25,991 nucleotides of DNA from a virus (Duplodnaviria > Caudoviricetes). The position numbers and the translations under genes were made by a program. Location: positions 1 to 25,991 of IMG/VR virus record IMGVR_UViG_3300017978_000322. One strand, written 5' to 3'. Shown here one piece after another: positions 15,906 to 24,594 of the stretch. Under the pieces are notes generated by a model. The model was given only the letters and a program-made list of their open reading frames with translations, ran no database searches and had not been told where the DNA came from. Positions within the stretch are counted from its first letter, which is position 1. Every line of letters starts with the position of its first letter.

Positions 15906-16940
15906 ATGGACATCAACGACGATGCCTTCATGTCGCACCTCGTGAGCCTTACTGAAAACGAGGCCCTCAACTACATTGCGAACAGCGGCCTGCCCATGAG
16001 CATCCGTGCAAACCTGCTCAACATCGCCGACAAGCACCGCAGACTCCAACGCAAAGCCAGTCGAAGGGCGAAGCTGACCACGATCTACCACGGGGAGGCG
16101 TGGCACCGCCTGATCGCACCGCTGAAGTACGAACTGAGCAACGCCAAGGTCGGGCTATCACTAAAGCCCTTTGATGTAGCACCTGAAAGACACAAGGCGT
16201 TCAGCGAGTACATCACCCTACTGGAGAAGCTGCTTGCTGGTTTGCAAAAGATGCAGATAGACGAGGGCCGCAAAGCCACTGTGTCGATATTTGTTCGGGA
16301 GCAGACGCTTGAGAAACGCGACCGCCTTGCTCAGATTGAGTATGCCAAGACACCGACCGAACTGGCTGTTGAACGTGGCCTGCCCAACAAAGGCGCACAC
16401 TGGACAGACTGGATCAACCACCGCACAAAGGAACGCATCAGGCTTTTGTTTGACGCCATACCCGAGAGACCCAAAACCAAGCGACCCAACCCGTTCAGCT
16501 ACCGCATACCCCCTGACCTGTTCAAGCGTGACATCGAGGCGTTACAAAAGCGCACGCTCAACGAGCTGGACATTGCCAATCAGGAACTGGACGTGGTGAA
16601 AGCCGTCATCGCGGGACAGCGTGACGTGGCCACGAAAGAGCAGTTGGAGGCGCTGGATAAATGGGAGAACACTGTCGAGCGTATCAAGTTTGCACTGCAT
16701 CGCACCATGCGTATGAAGAACGAACCCGTGCCCCCTACATGGCACGCTTTCAACCACCTGTATGACGCAGAGATGGAACACCGGATGAAGCACCCCTCCA
16801 AACTGCAAAACGCGACGGACACGTGGGATGAAGGTGAAGACGGGTTAGATGACATCACCTTTCTGCGAGTGATGTTCAGGATGCGTGAACCCGATGCGCC
16901 GAAACAAAAAACAAACCGCCCCAAGCGGTACAGAAAATAA
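15906..16940 (+). CDS. Hypothetical helical protein, 344 aa
   Basis: Long ORF with SD AAGGA. Contains HWTDW and PPTWH motifs; no family recognised. Confidence 0.75.
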   Translation: MDINDDAFMSHLVSLTENEALNYIANSGLPMSIRANLLNIADKHRRLQRKASRRAKLTTIYHGEAWHRLIAPLKYELSNAKVGLSLKPFDVAPERHKAFSEYITLLEKLLAGLQKMQIDEGRKATVSIFVREQTLEKRDRLAQIEYAKTPTELAVERGLPNKGAHWTDWINHRTKERIRLLFDAIPERPKTKRPNPFSYRIPPDLFKRDIEALQKRTLNELDIANQELDVVKAVIAGQRDVATKEQLEALDKWENTVERIKFALHRTMRMKNEPVPPTWHAFNHLYDAEMEHRMKHPSKLQNATDTWDEGEDGLDDITFLRVMFRMREPDAPKQKTNRPKRYRK

Positions 16941-17032
16941 ACGAGAGAGAACTTCTCTCTGGCTCACCATGCAACGCCGCCCGCATGGTGGGCTATACCC
17001 TGAAAGGGCGGCATCTGAAACTGGAGAAAGCA

Positions 17033-17296
17033 ATGAGAAACAAAGAAGAACTTATCGCCATGTGCGAGGGCTACCTTGAGGGACTGCTGGCGTGCAACGC
17101 CGACCTCTTTGACTGGGACGACTGGGTGTTGTGGGGCGGGTATGACGTCCAGTTCAACGGCCCACACTGGGACGAGCTTGCGCCAGACGATGGGCGCTCA
17201 CTGGTGTGCGATGTGTACCTCGCAGGGTACGAGAGCCTGCCATCACAACCGATGTATCGGTTTGTAGTGACATCAACAAAAGGAGAAATTAAATGA
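17033..17296 (+). CDS. Hypothetical protein
   Basis: Start re-set to ATG 17033 (GGAGAAAGCAATG). Coupled to the next gene by ATGA. Confidence 0.7.
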   Translation: MRNKEELIAMCEGYLEGLLACNADLFDWDDWVLWGGYDVQFNGPHWDELAPDDGRSLVCDVYLAGYESLPSQPMYRFVVTSTKGEIK

Positions 17297-17505
17297 AAGC
17301 AATGGACTTAGACCACGACATGCTCTTGTCAGCCGCAAGGCTGATGGAGAGCCAAGGCGGTAGCTTCGCAGGGCACATCGCAAGGGCGTTCTACGTAGCC
17401 GACACAACCAACAGAGAGAAACTTCTCTCTGCTTTCGATGCACTGTTCGTGCGCTACTACAAACAACACCGACTCGATGAAATCAACCAAGGAGAAACGC
17501 AATGA
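17293..17505 (+). CDS. Small conserved phage protein (GGSF...A...AD..N motif)
   Basis: 70 aa, SD AAGGAGAAA, ATGA coupling on both sides. Confidence 0.75.
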   Translation: MKAMDLDHDMLLSAARLMESQGGSFAGHIARAFYVADTTNREKLLSAFDALFVRYYKQHRLDEINQGETQ

Positions 17506-17750
17506 AGCACCAATGGAACACAGGCAGACACTATGACGCTGACGGCCAGCGCATGGTGGCACAGGTCATATCCAACGCCATCCTGTTCACCGACCTGTCA
17601 CGCCACATCAACGGGGCCATACCGATGGGCGACTACCTGCGTGGTCGCACTCTCGACAAGTACTCTATCGAGCGCCTTGTCATGACCAACTACGACCACG
17701 GCAACTACTCGGGCAGTGGCACAACCTTAACTTGGGAGGAAAGCAAATGA
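17502..17750 (+). CDS. Hypothetical protein
   Basis: 82 aa, SD CCAAGGAGAAA. Contains WNTGRHYDADGQR. Confidence 0.75.
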   Translation: MKHQWNTGRHYDADGQRMVAQVISNAILFTDLSRHINGAIPMGDYLRGRTLDKYSIERLVMTNYDHGNYSGSGTTLTWEESK

Positions 17751-17980
17751 AAGACCAACACTTCTTCGCCGCAAGCGTAATGCAATGGGCGACAACGACA
17801 GACACGCGAGACCTACCCGCCTTGCTCGAACTGATGAACAAGGACGGCTACAACTACAACCTGTTCAGTGTGCCAGTGCCGCACACCACCGAGTACGACA
17901 TCAATATGTACCAGCCCCAAGTGCCGGGCACTGAGTGGCTTGGCACATTCACAGTACCAAAGAAGAAAGGACGCAAATGA
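17747..17980 (+). CDS. Hypothetical protein
   Basis: ATG 17747 (GGAGGAAAGCAAATG), ATGA coupling. Confidence 0.7.
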   Translation: MKDQHFFAASVMQWATTTDTRDLPALLELMNKDGYNYNLFSVPVPHTTEYDINMYQPQVPGTEWLGTFTVPKKKGRK

Positions 17981-18204
17981 ACTACGACTTGGGCACCAAG
18001 GAAGGTATGAACAACGCCGTTAAGTGGACGCAAGCCATGTTCGACACTGTCAATGATGGCGGTGTGTGGATGGTGCCGCGTTCAATGACGATGGTGCGTA
18101 TCAACAAGAAAGAACGCATCGCAACGCTTGTCGTTGGCTTTGCACCCGACCCATCCATACGCCAAGTCATCGAGGCTATGGGCTGGACTGTTGTCGTTGA
18201 GTGA
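17977..18204 (+). CDS. Hypothetical protein
   Basis: ATG 17977 overlaps the previous stop. Contains DGGVWMVPRS. Confidence 0.7.
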   Translation: MNYDLGTKEGMNNAVKWTQAMFDTVNDGGVWMVPRSMTMVRINKKERIATLVVGFAPDPSIRQVIEAMGWTVVVE

Positions 18205-18298
18205 GATTAAGAGAGACATTCTCTCTGACGCCTTGATGGGTGGCGGCCAACCCCGGCAATACCCATCATTCCAAACTTGAAACTAAGGAGAAAGCAAA

Positions 18299-19744
18299 AT
18301 GCCTACATGGAAATCAGCATACGAAGCACACAGCTTCATGGATCACGTCTTTATGCGAGCAGCACGCATTGTTGCCGAGGGTGTGCACGAGCGGGTCGGC
18401 CCCGGTAACTGGGTGCCTGTGCTTGACGGTCGGCCGTGGTTCAACCAACAATACCGCCGCCATAGTCTGCACCGCGCTGTGCACGACATGATGACAGAGT
18501 ACAAGTACCGCCCGCATGACTGGCATCAACTGTTGCTTGAGTGGCCACACAAGTCTCTGACTGACCCCAACAGGTTAGCTTACACACGCGACGAGCGCAG
18601 TGCTATGCACGGCGGCGACAGCGACATCAAAGCGCAAGTGACTACGATCGGTAAGTATCTGACGCGCCACTTCCCTGACGCACCCTCTAACCTTATCCGT
18701 GACGTTGCGGCCAAGTACACATACGGCGGCTCGACCATCATCACCAAGGACATGGACGCGATGGTGCGTGCAGTCATCCACGGCCCGCGCTCGTGTATGA
18801 GTTGCAGCTTCGACATCATCTGCGAAGACAACAAAGCACGCCACCCCTACGAGGTGTACGACCCATCGCTTGGCTGGGGCATGGCTGTGCGCTCCGAGGG
18901 TGATGAGGTGCTCGGCCGTTGCCTTGTGCATGAGAGTGAGGACGGCAAGGGGTTTGTGCGCTCGTACAAACGCGAGCGTGATGAGCGTTCGCACTCTGGT
19001 GCTGACGAGGCCATCGAGGCGTACTTGCAGTCGCTCGGCTATGCCAAGTGGCGCGGCTGGCCTGACCATGTGCGTGTGATGCGCTATCCCCTGCGCCGTG
19101 ATGGGTTCTTGATGCCCTACATTGACGGCGGTAGTCAACACATTGACGATGCTGGCGTTGATACGTTCCGTATCAGCGACTACGATGGGTACGAGGCTAC
19201 AAGTACCAGCGGCATCATCAACGGCCACGAGCATACGTGCGAGGACTGCGGCGCTGGGTTCAACGATGACGAGGGCGGCTGGACTGGTGTGAGTGAGGAA
19301 AACCACGTGTGCCAGAACTGTCTCGACAATGACTACACCTACGCATACAGCCGCCGTGGTAACGAGTACTACATCCACAACGATGATGTGGTTGAGATTG
19401 GCGGTGACTACTACGACATCAACTACCTGTCTGACAACAACATCGTCGAGTTGCATGACGGCGAGTACGAGCACCTTGACAACGCTGTGTATGTCGAGTC
19501 AGAGGATGCGTACTACCACTGCGATGACGACGACATCTGCTACCCCGAGGACTCAGGCCGGTACGAGTTGAAAGACAACTGCTGGCAGTGTGAGGAGTCA
19601 CGCAACTGGTACACCGAGGACGAGGACTACGTAGAGATAGATGGCGACAAGTACCACCCTGACCATGCGCCTGAGCAAGAGGACGAAGATGAGGTAGAGC
19701 TGATCGCTGTTACCGATGTGACCATTACCAACCCCACAATCTAA
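18299..19744 (+). CDS. Hypothetical protein with SCM motif domain and acidic Cys/His-rich C-terminal repeats
   Basis: 481 aa. GPRSCMS, LGRCLVH, FLMPYIDG, then CEDC...CQNC and Asp/Glu/Tyr-rich repeats. Strong SD. Confidence 0.8.
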   Translation: MPTWKSAYEAHSFMDHVFMRAARIVAEGVHERVGPGNWVPVLDGRPWFNQQYRRHSLHRAVHDMMTEYKYRPHDWHQLLLEWPHKSLTDPNRLAYTRDERSAMHGGDSDIKAQVTTIGKYLTRHFPDAPSNLIRDVAAKYTYGGSTIITKDMDAMVRAVIHGPRSCMSCSFDIICEDNKARHPYEVYDPSLGWGMAVRSEGDEVLGRCLVHESEDGKGFVRSYKRERDERSHSGADEAIEAYLQSLGYAKWRGWPDHVRVMRYPLRRDGFLMPYIDGGSQHIDDAGVDTFRISDYDGYEATSTSGIINGHEHTCEDCGAGFNDDEGGWTGVSEENHVCQNCLDNDYTYAYSRRGNEYYIHNDDVVEIGGDYYDINYLSDNNIVELHDGEYEHLDNAVYVESEDAYYHCDDDDICYPEDSGRYELKDNCWQCEESRNWYTEDEDYVEIDGDKYHPDHAPEQEDEDEVELIAVTDVTITNPTI

Positions 19745-19756
19745 GGAGAAACTTCC

Positions 19757-20887
19757 ATGACACTCAACAAACAATCCATCCTGTACAAGACTCTCGCCCG
19801 TGCGCTGTCCATGATGCGCCCACACAACAGCGAGGGTACACGACGCCTGACTGACTGGTTGCAAGAGCGTGCCCCGGCCCATGCCCGTGTGCATCGTGAC
19901 GGCGCTGGCAATCTGCACGTGGACACACGCATGACCAAAGACCACCGCACGCTGTTCGTGGCGCACGTTGACACTGTGCACCGCAAGGAAGGCCCCAACA
20001 AGATCAAGCAGACCAACACCCACTGGTACGCTGACGGGGCAGCTCTCGGTGCCGATGATGGCGCTGGTGTTGCGATGCTCATGCACCTGCTACACGCCGG
20101 GGTGCATGCGTACTACATCTTCACGCAAGGCGAGGAGTGTGGGGGTATCGGCGCTACGTTCCTTGCCAAGACCCAGAGAGAACTTCTCTCTGAGTTCGAC
20201 CGCGCCATTGCGTTCGACAGACGGGGTATCGACAGCGTCATCACGCACCAAGGCCGGGGGCGCTGCTGCTCTGATGTGTTTGCCGATGCTCTCTCTGCCG
20301 CGCTCAACGCCGACGATACCCTGATGTATCTGCCCGACAACACAGGTGTGTACACCGACACGGCCGAGTTCATTGAGGACATCCCCGAGTGCACCAACAT
20401 ATCCGTGGGCTACTACTCTGAGCACAGCGACAAGGAGTCGCTCGACATCCTGCACTTCCAAGCGCTGGCCAATCGCGTAGCACGCATTGACTGGGACAGC
20501 CTGCCAACTGACCGCGACCCGACTGTGGTTGAGACAGTGGACTGGGGCCGCTGGGGTGTGTATGCGGGGGCGTCTTTGACGGGTGTCAATTCTTCTTCTG
20601 CTTCTTCTGCGTGGCACCACCTCAGTGATGACGACTACGACTGGGACTTTGACTCCTACGCCACCGAACTTCAAGAGGCGCTGTACGATGCGCAGGCAGG
20701 CTCCAAGCAGTGGCTCATCGAGCTGATGTGTGAGTCCGTGTGGCCCGAGGACCCAGAGATGGCCGAGCGCATGATCGACCGCAACAAGATAGACGAGCGC
20801 GTGCTTGCCGAAGCACTCAAGGACAGCAATGTGTACGACCCCACAGTCGTGCTTGCCACAATTTTTGACCAAGCCTACGCGGCATAA
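19757..20887 (+). CDS. Zn-dependent exopeptidase-fold enzyme (M28/M20 clan)
   Basis: Metal-ligand motifs AHVDTV, GADDGAG, GEECG, AFDRRG, YTDT and NISVGYYSEH. Confidence 0.85.
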   Translation: MTLNKQSILYKTLARALSMMRPHNSEGTRRLTDWLQERAPAHARVHRDGAGNLHVDTRMTKDHRTLFVAHVDTVHRKEGPNKIKQTNTHWYADGAALGADDGAGVAMLMHLLHAGVHAYYIFTQGEECGGIGATFLAKTQRELLSEFDRAIAFDRRGIDSVITHQGRGRCCSDVFADALSAALNADDTLMYLPDNTGVYTDTAEFIEDIPECTNISVGYYSEHSDKESLDILHFQALANRVARIDWDSLPTDRDPTVVETVDWGRWGVYAGASLTGVNSSSASSAWHHLSDDDYDWDFDSYATELQEALYDAQAGSKQWLIELMCESVWPEDPEMAERMIDRNKIDERVLAEALKDSNVYDPTVVLATIFDQAYAA

Positions 20888-20903
20888 CCCAAGGAGAAAG
20901 CAA

Positions 20904-21698
20904 ATGACACCGAACATACTGGACGGGATGAAGTTCCCGTTTGCTGTCAACGACTACGTGTGGTTCGACATCCAAGCGTTTGACGGGAAGCAGGCAGAAG
21001 ACGCCGTGGCTGCTCGTGCTGAGGAGCACTGCCTGCCCGAGATTTTGCACGACGACACCGAACCCAAGGACTTACCGATGCCGTTCGAGAAGTTTGCAGT
21101 GGTTCGTAGAACACTGGCGGGAAGTGTGCTGGTAACGACATACGAGCGCAATGACAACGTGCTGGCTGTCGTTCCGCGTGCGAAACAAGCTGAGCAAATA
21201 TGTTTGCTAGAACACCACGGATCGTTGCCTTCACCAAACCTCCGGTTCAACATGGACACGGGGCTAAAAGCCAGTGTTTTGGGCAAAGCTGCGATGGCGT
21301 CGAATGGAACGCACATCAAGACCGAGGACGACCTTATCCATGACTTCATCTACGGCGCACGCTACATCTACTGGGCGGTGCTGTTGCAAATGGTGGCGGA
21401 CAAAACGCCAGTGATGGCCTACACACCCATACCAAACCCCGCCAATGACAAGCGCATACGCAAAGGCAAGAAGCCGCTGTTCGAGTGGAAGGTAATTGAC
21501 GTCACGGCCAAGCGCGTCATGCCAGAGAGCAGCGCACCTACCGGGCGCACACACGCAAGCCCAAGGCGACACGTACGCAGGGGGCATCAGCGCAAGCTGC
21601 CCAACGGCACGACGATCTGGATCAAGCAGATGATGGTTGGCAAGATCGAGTTCGGCTACATCCACCACAGTTACACAACCCAAGGAGAAAGCAAGTGA
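20904..21698 (+). CDS. Conserved phage protein with C-terminal SPRxHxRRGHxR motif
   Basis: Start re-set to ATG 20904 (ACCCAAGGAGAAAGCAAATG). Contains GRTHASPRRHVRRGHQR...WIKQMMVG. Confidence 0.75.
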   Translation: MTPNILDGMKFPFAVNDYVWFDIQAFDGKQAEDAVAARAEEHCLPEILHDDTEPKDLPMPFEKFAVVRRTLAGSVLVTTYERNDNVLAVVPRAKQAEQICLLEHHGSLPSPNLRFNMDTGLKASVLGKAAMASNGTHIKTEDDLIHDFIYGARYIYWAVLLQMVADKTPVMAYTPIPNPANDKRIRKGKKPLFEWKVIDVTAKRVMPESSAPTGRTHASPRRHVRRGHQRKLPNGTTIWIKQMMVGKIEFGYIHHSYTTQGESK

Positions 21699-21823
21699 AA
21701 TACAAAGGCCCATCCAAACCCATCCCTACGCATAGGGAGCCCATGTCCGACAGCACGCTGGCCGTATGGTTCATCGTGCTTGCCGTGGCGTTCGTTGTGA
21801 TTATGTTTTTAACTGGAGAATGA
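21695..21823 (+). CDS. 42-aa single-pass membrane protein (not in ORF track)
   Basis: GTG start behind ACCCAAGGAGAAAGCAA. MKYKGPSKPIPTHREPMSDSTLAVWFIVLAVAFVVIMFLTGE. Fills the gap exactly. Confidence 0.7.
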   Translation: MKYKGPSKPIPTHREPMSDSTLAVWFIVLAVAFVVIMFLTGE

Positions 21824-21824
21824 G

Positions 21825-22013
21825 ATGAACACGAACCAACAACACATCGACAACGGAGCAACGCAGTGCCCGCACTGCAACAGCTTCGACATCACAGGCG
21901 ACCAATTCAACGTGGACGCAGGTAGCGCATGGCAAGACGTGCGTTGCAACAGCTGCGGCGCGGAATGGCAAGATACCTACACTCTCACCGGCTATGCCGA
22001 CACCAACAAATGA
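21825..22013 (+). CDS. Small zinc-ribbon protein
   Basis: CPHC...CNSC; SD GGAG. Confidence 0.75.
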   Translation: MNTNQQHIDNGATQCPHCNSFDITGDQFNVDAGSAWQDVRCNSCGAEWQDTYTLTGYADTNK

Positions 22014-22201
22014 AAACACTAGAGCAACTACAAGCTGAACTGAGCAGGGCGCAAGCCCTGTGTGACTACTGGACCAAGCGCAGGCGAGGGCAGGTTGGCA
22101 ACTGTCCTAGCGATAGTGAGCACCAACTTGATGCGCAGCGTGCGCTCAAGAGGATTGAATATCAAATCTCGGAACTCAAAAAGACGTTGACAATTGTCTA
22201 A
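22010..22201 (+). CDS. Small coiled-coil hypothetical protein
   Basis: ATG 22010 overlaps the previous stop (ATGA). Confidence 0.6.
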   Translation: MKTLEQLQAELSRAQALCDYWTKRRRGQVGNCPSDSEHQLDAQRALKRIEYQISELKKTLTIV

Positions 22202-22216
22202 CGCTGTACAAATAAT
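22187..22216 (+). promoter_or_regulatory. Sigma70-type promoter with overlapping palindrome
   Basis: TTGACA(22187-92)-18bp-AATAAT(22211-16). Palindrome GACAATTGTC at 22189-98. Confidence 0.5.
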
Positions 22217-22237
22217 CCCAACCCCAAGGAGAAAACT

Positions 22238-22420
22238 ATGAACATCGAAGCAAAGAAAACCACCCCGTGGATACCTGTCGGGCACCCCGACTTCAAGTGG
22301 ACGTCAGGCGCTGACGTGCAAGCGCTGTGGCGCAAGTATGGCTGGACCCCGCCGTCTGAGACCATGACGCCGCCCCCTGTGCCAGCGCAATCATTCACCC
22401 CCATCATCTTTTTCAAATAA
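22238..22420 (+). CDS. Small Pro-rich hypothetical protein
   Basis: 60 aa, SD CCCAAGGAGAAA. Contains DVQALWRKYGWTPPSE. Confidence 0.7.
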   Translation: MNIEAKKTTPWIPVGHPDFKWTSGADVQALWRKYGWTPPSETMTPPPVPAQSFTPIIFFK

Positions 22421-22436
22421 ACCCAAGGAGAATCTC

Positions 22437-22967
22437 ATGCCTGATATTGCAAGCGCCCTTCAAAAAGCCCTCAGCGATTGGGAGCCTACACCAACCCCTA
22501 CACCCACACCTACCCCGGTCACACCCACGGACAAGCCGTACTTCACAGTGACCAACAACGTCACTCGCGTTACGTTCGACTACGTGCGAGACAACCCCGG
22601 CAAGACCCGCAAAGAAGTTGCCGTTGCACTGGAGGCGCAAGGCTACAAGACCAGCTCTGTGACATCCCTGCTGGGGCAAATGATCAAGCAACGCCTTGTG
22701 CGAGACAGCGCAAACCTGCTCTACGCCACGACCAACGAGTACACCCCGTTGAAATCATCCAAGAAGATGAAAGCGATCGCTGAGAAGCAGCAAGCACCAC
22801 AGCGCAAGATCGTCACCATCACTCGCAGGGCAGCGCCCGAGGCCGAACCTACCCAGTTACCGACCAGCGCCAAGTTCAGCGCGACCATACCGCAGTTGCT
22901 GGATACGTTGTCTGTGGTTCAGGCCCGCGCACTGTACGACGAGCTGCGCAAAATCTTTGGGGGTTAA
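22437..22967 (+). CDS. Putative winged-helix DNA-binding protein with (PT)n linker
   Basis: FDYVRDNPGKTRKEVAVAL...SSVTSLLGQMIKQRLV resembles a wHTH; PTPTPTPTP precedes it. Confidence 0.65.
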   Translation: MPDIASALQKALSDWEPTPTPTPTPTPVTPTDKPYFTVTNNVTRVTFDYVRDNPGKTRKEVAVALEAQGYKTSSVTSLLGQMIKQRLVRDSANLLYATTNEYTPLKSSKKMKAIAEKQQAPQRKIVTITRRAAPEAEPTQLPTSAKFSATIPQLLDTLSVVQARALYDELRKIFGG

Positions 22968-22969
22968 AT

Positions 22970-23185
22970 ATGAACGAAGCAATGAGTCTGGCGTGGCTGG
23001 AGATCAGCCAGATGCTAGGTGAGCCAACCCGCGAAGAGCTGGACGTGTTCCTGCGCACATGGCAAAGGGCCATACAAGCGGAGCGCGAGGAGTGCGCGAA
23101 GCTCTGCGAAAAGACTGATGACGGTACGCCGTACAACTTGGCGGACGAATGTGCCGCCGCCATCCGAGCAAGGGGGAACACATGA
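22970..23185 (+). CDS. Small phage protein (AEREECAKLCE...CAAAIRARG module)
   Basis: 71 aa, with a module frequent in betaproteobacterial phage accessory genes. Confidence 0.65.
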   Translation: MNEAMSLAWLEISQMLGEPTREELDVFLRTWQRAIQAEREECAKLCEKTDDGTPYNLADECAAAIRARGNT

Positions 23186-23331
23186 AAGAAGAATGGCTGA
23201 TGCCGGGAGCGATTGTCCCGGTTGACCTTGATACAACAAAAGCATTGGTGGACGAGATCAAGCGCTTGATCGGGATTATTGGAAGTATGGCGTTGCAACA
23301 GGCCGAAACCAAACTCAAGGAGAACACATGA
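23182..23331 (+). CDS. Small hypothetical protein
   Basis: ATG 23182 coupled to the previous stop; ends LKENT. Confidence 0.6.
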   Translation: MKEEWLMPGAIVPVDLDTTKALVDEIKRLIGIIGSMALQQAETKLKENT

Positions 23332-23453
23332 CCTGCAAACACCGCTGGGAGCCGAGTCTGTTCGGCATCAAGTACCGCACACCGAACCACTACATGTACC
23401 AATGCACACGGTGCGGCAACATCATCAGCGCATTGCTGAAGGAGAAGGCATGA
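23328..23453 (+). CDS. 41-aa CxH...CxxC zinc-finger-like protein (not in ORF track)
   Basis: MTCKHRWEPS...YQCTRCGNII. SD CAAGGAGAA; ATGA coupling on both sides. Confidence 0.65.
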   Translation: MTCKHRWEPSLFGIKYRTPNHYMYQCTRCGNIISALLKEKA

Positions 23454-23566
23454 ACACCAAAGAAAAACTCATACTGCTCGCCGTCTTTTTGGTGTCAGGC
23501 GTTGTCAGTCTCGCCGCTATATTTGGGTTTGCCAAACTCCTCAAGTATTTCTGGGAGTACCTATGA
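23450..23566 (+). CDS. 38-aa membrane protein
   Basis: MNTKEKLILLAVFLVSGVVSLAAIFGFAKLLKYFWEYL; SD AAGGAGAAG. Confidence 0.65.
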   Translation: MNTKEKLILLAVFLVSGVVSLAAIFGFAKLLKYFWEYL

Positions 23567-23865
23567 CCCCGGTACGTCAGAAGAAAATCCGTACGCTGCT
23601 GCGGGCACACCCGAACGGGATGACGCCGCCCGAGATCGCGGCGGTTACTGGGGTGCATGTGGCCAACGTCAGGACAGCGCTCAGGGCTATGCCCGATGTG
23701 TATGTGGACCGCTGGCGCATGGGCAAGCGTGGGCAGTTCACAAAGGTATGGGTAGCAGTGCCTGTACCCGAGGACTGCCCTCACCCCAAAGACCGCGTAA
23801 AGTGGGGGGTGAACTACAGGAAACCAAAGACCCAGTGGGTCATTGTTGAAGGAGCAAGAGTGTGA
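23563..23865 (+). CDS. HTH-domain protein (paralog of 25392..25643)
   Basis: LLRAHPNGMTPPEIAAVTG...NVRTALRAMPDVYVDRW...VPEDCPHP. Confidence 0.7.
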   Translation: MTPVRQKKIRTLLRAHPNGMTPPEIAAVTGVHVANVRTALRAMPDVYVDRWRMGKRGQFTKVWVAVPVPEDCPHPKDRVKWGVNYRKPKTQWVIVEGARV

Positions 23866-24062
23866 GCGTGCCGTACAACGACGATGCCCGTGAAGCGTAT
23901 GTCCTGCGTAACAGTGAGAACCACTTGGAAGTTGCCAAGAAGCATCACGCGCTCGGCCATGCCCGGTCAATGTGGATTCAGCTTTTCATGTGGGCCATGC
24001 GCGAAGAAATCTACGGCAAACACTGGGACCGGCTGACGAACCAACCAAGGAGAAAGACATGA
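23862..24062 (+). CDS. Hypothetical protein
   Basis: GTG start with SD AAGGAG; coupled on both sides. Confidence 0.6.
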   Translation: MSVPYNDDAREAYVLRNSENHLEVAKKHHALGHARSMWIQLFMWAMREEIYGKHWDRLTNQPRRKT

Positions 24063-24433
24063 CGCCGAAACAAGAAGCAGCTCTGCGAGAGTATCTGCAA
24101 GAGGCCATCGTGCCACTGATCGAAGATGTGCTGGCCAAGAAATTGGGGCAAGCCATGACGTTTGCGGCACAAGAACTTATCCAACCAAAGCGTGAGTGGG
24201 TGGGGCTGACGGACGACGATATTGACCAAGGCCTGTGCCGCACCCCCTACGCCATGAAAACTGCCGAGGCATGGCGAGAGGGCGTTCGTTGGGCTTACCA
24301 CCAACTAAAGGAGAAGAACGGATATACGCGAAAGCACATAACTGACGGGTCGCCCTGCTGGTGCGGCGCTGAAGTGGCCTACGTAGACCCGGACACGGGA
24401 GCCGCAGTTATCAACCATAAGGAACCGCAATGA
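24059..24433 (+). CDS. Mosaic hypothetical protein (REWVGLT...LKEKNG module)
   Basis: Start re-set to ATG 24059 (CCAAGGAGAAAG). Confidence 0.65.
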   Translation: MTPKQEAALREYLQEAIVPLIEDVLAKKLGQAMTFAAQELIQPKREWVGLTDDDIDQGLCRTPYAMKTAEAWREGVRWAYHQLKEKNGYTRKHITDGSPCWCGAEVAYVDPDTGAAVINHKEPQ

Positions 24434-24594
24434 GCGCGAAACGAGAATACCTCTGGGCTGTTTTCAAAGACGTACCCCAAAGCGTGCAGCTTGTAGAAGC
24501 AGCATTGATTTTTTATCACGCCGAAGTTCCGGTTGAACAGGCGCGTGAGTATCTGGCAATACTGGAAACAAAAATTAAGGAGCGCAACACATGA
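24430..24594 (+). CDS. 54-aa hypothetical protein (not in ORF track)
   Basis: MSAKREYLWAVF...KIKERNT; ATGA coupling on both sides. Confidence 0.6.
   Translation: MSAKREYLWAVFKDVPQSVQLVEAALIFYHAEVPVEQAREYLAILETKIKERNT

Larger units (their letters stand above)
14954..20191. repeat. Dispersed 17-bp palindrome AGAGAGA-N3-TCTCTCT, 7 copies
   Basis: Copies at 14954-70, 15232-48, 15555-71 (1 mismatch), 16944-60, 17413-30 (4-nt spacer), 18210-26 and 20175-91. Confidence 0.9.

Noticed and set aside
14954-20191. AGAGAGA palindromes as a CRISPR array or as N4-type hairpin promoters
   Set aside because: Spacing is irregular (about 280-1960 bp) and copies lie within ORFs, so this is not CRISPR. The loops are variable and lack the conserved N4 loop and closing pair, and no virion RNA polymerase is visible in the window.
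18575-20950. Minus-strand ORFs 18575..19474 and 20090..20950
   Set aside because: They are antisense to clear plus-strand genes, and their composition reflects reverse-complemented codon bias.
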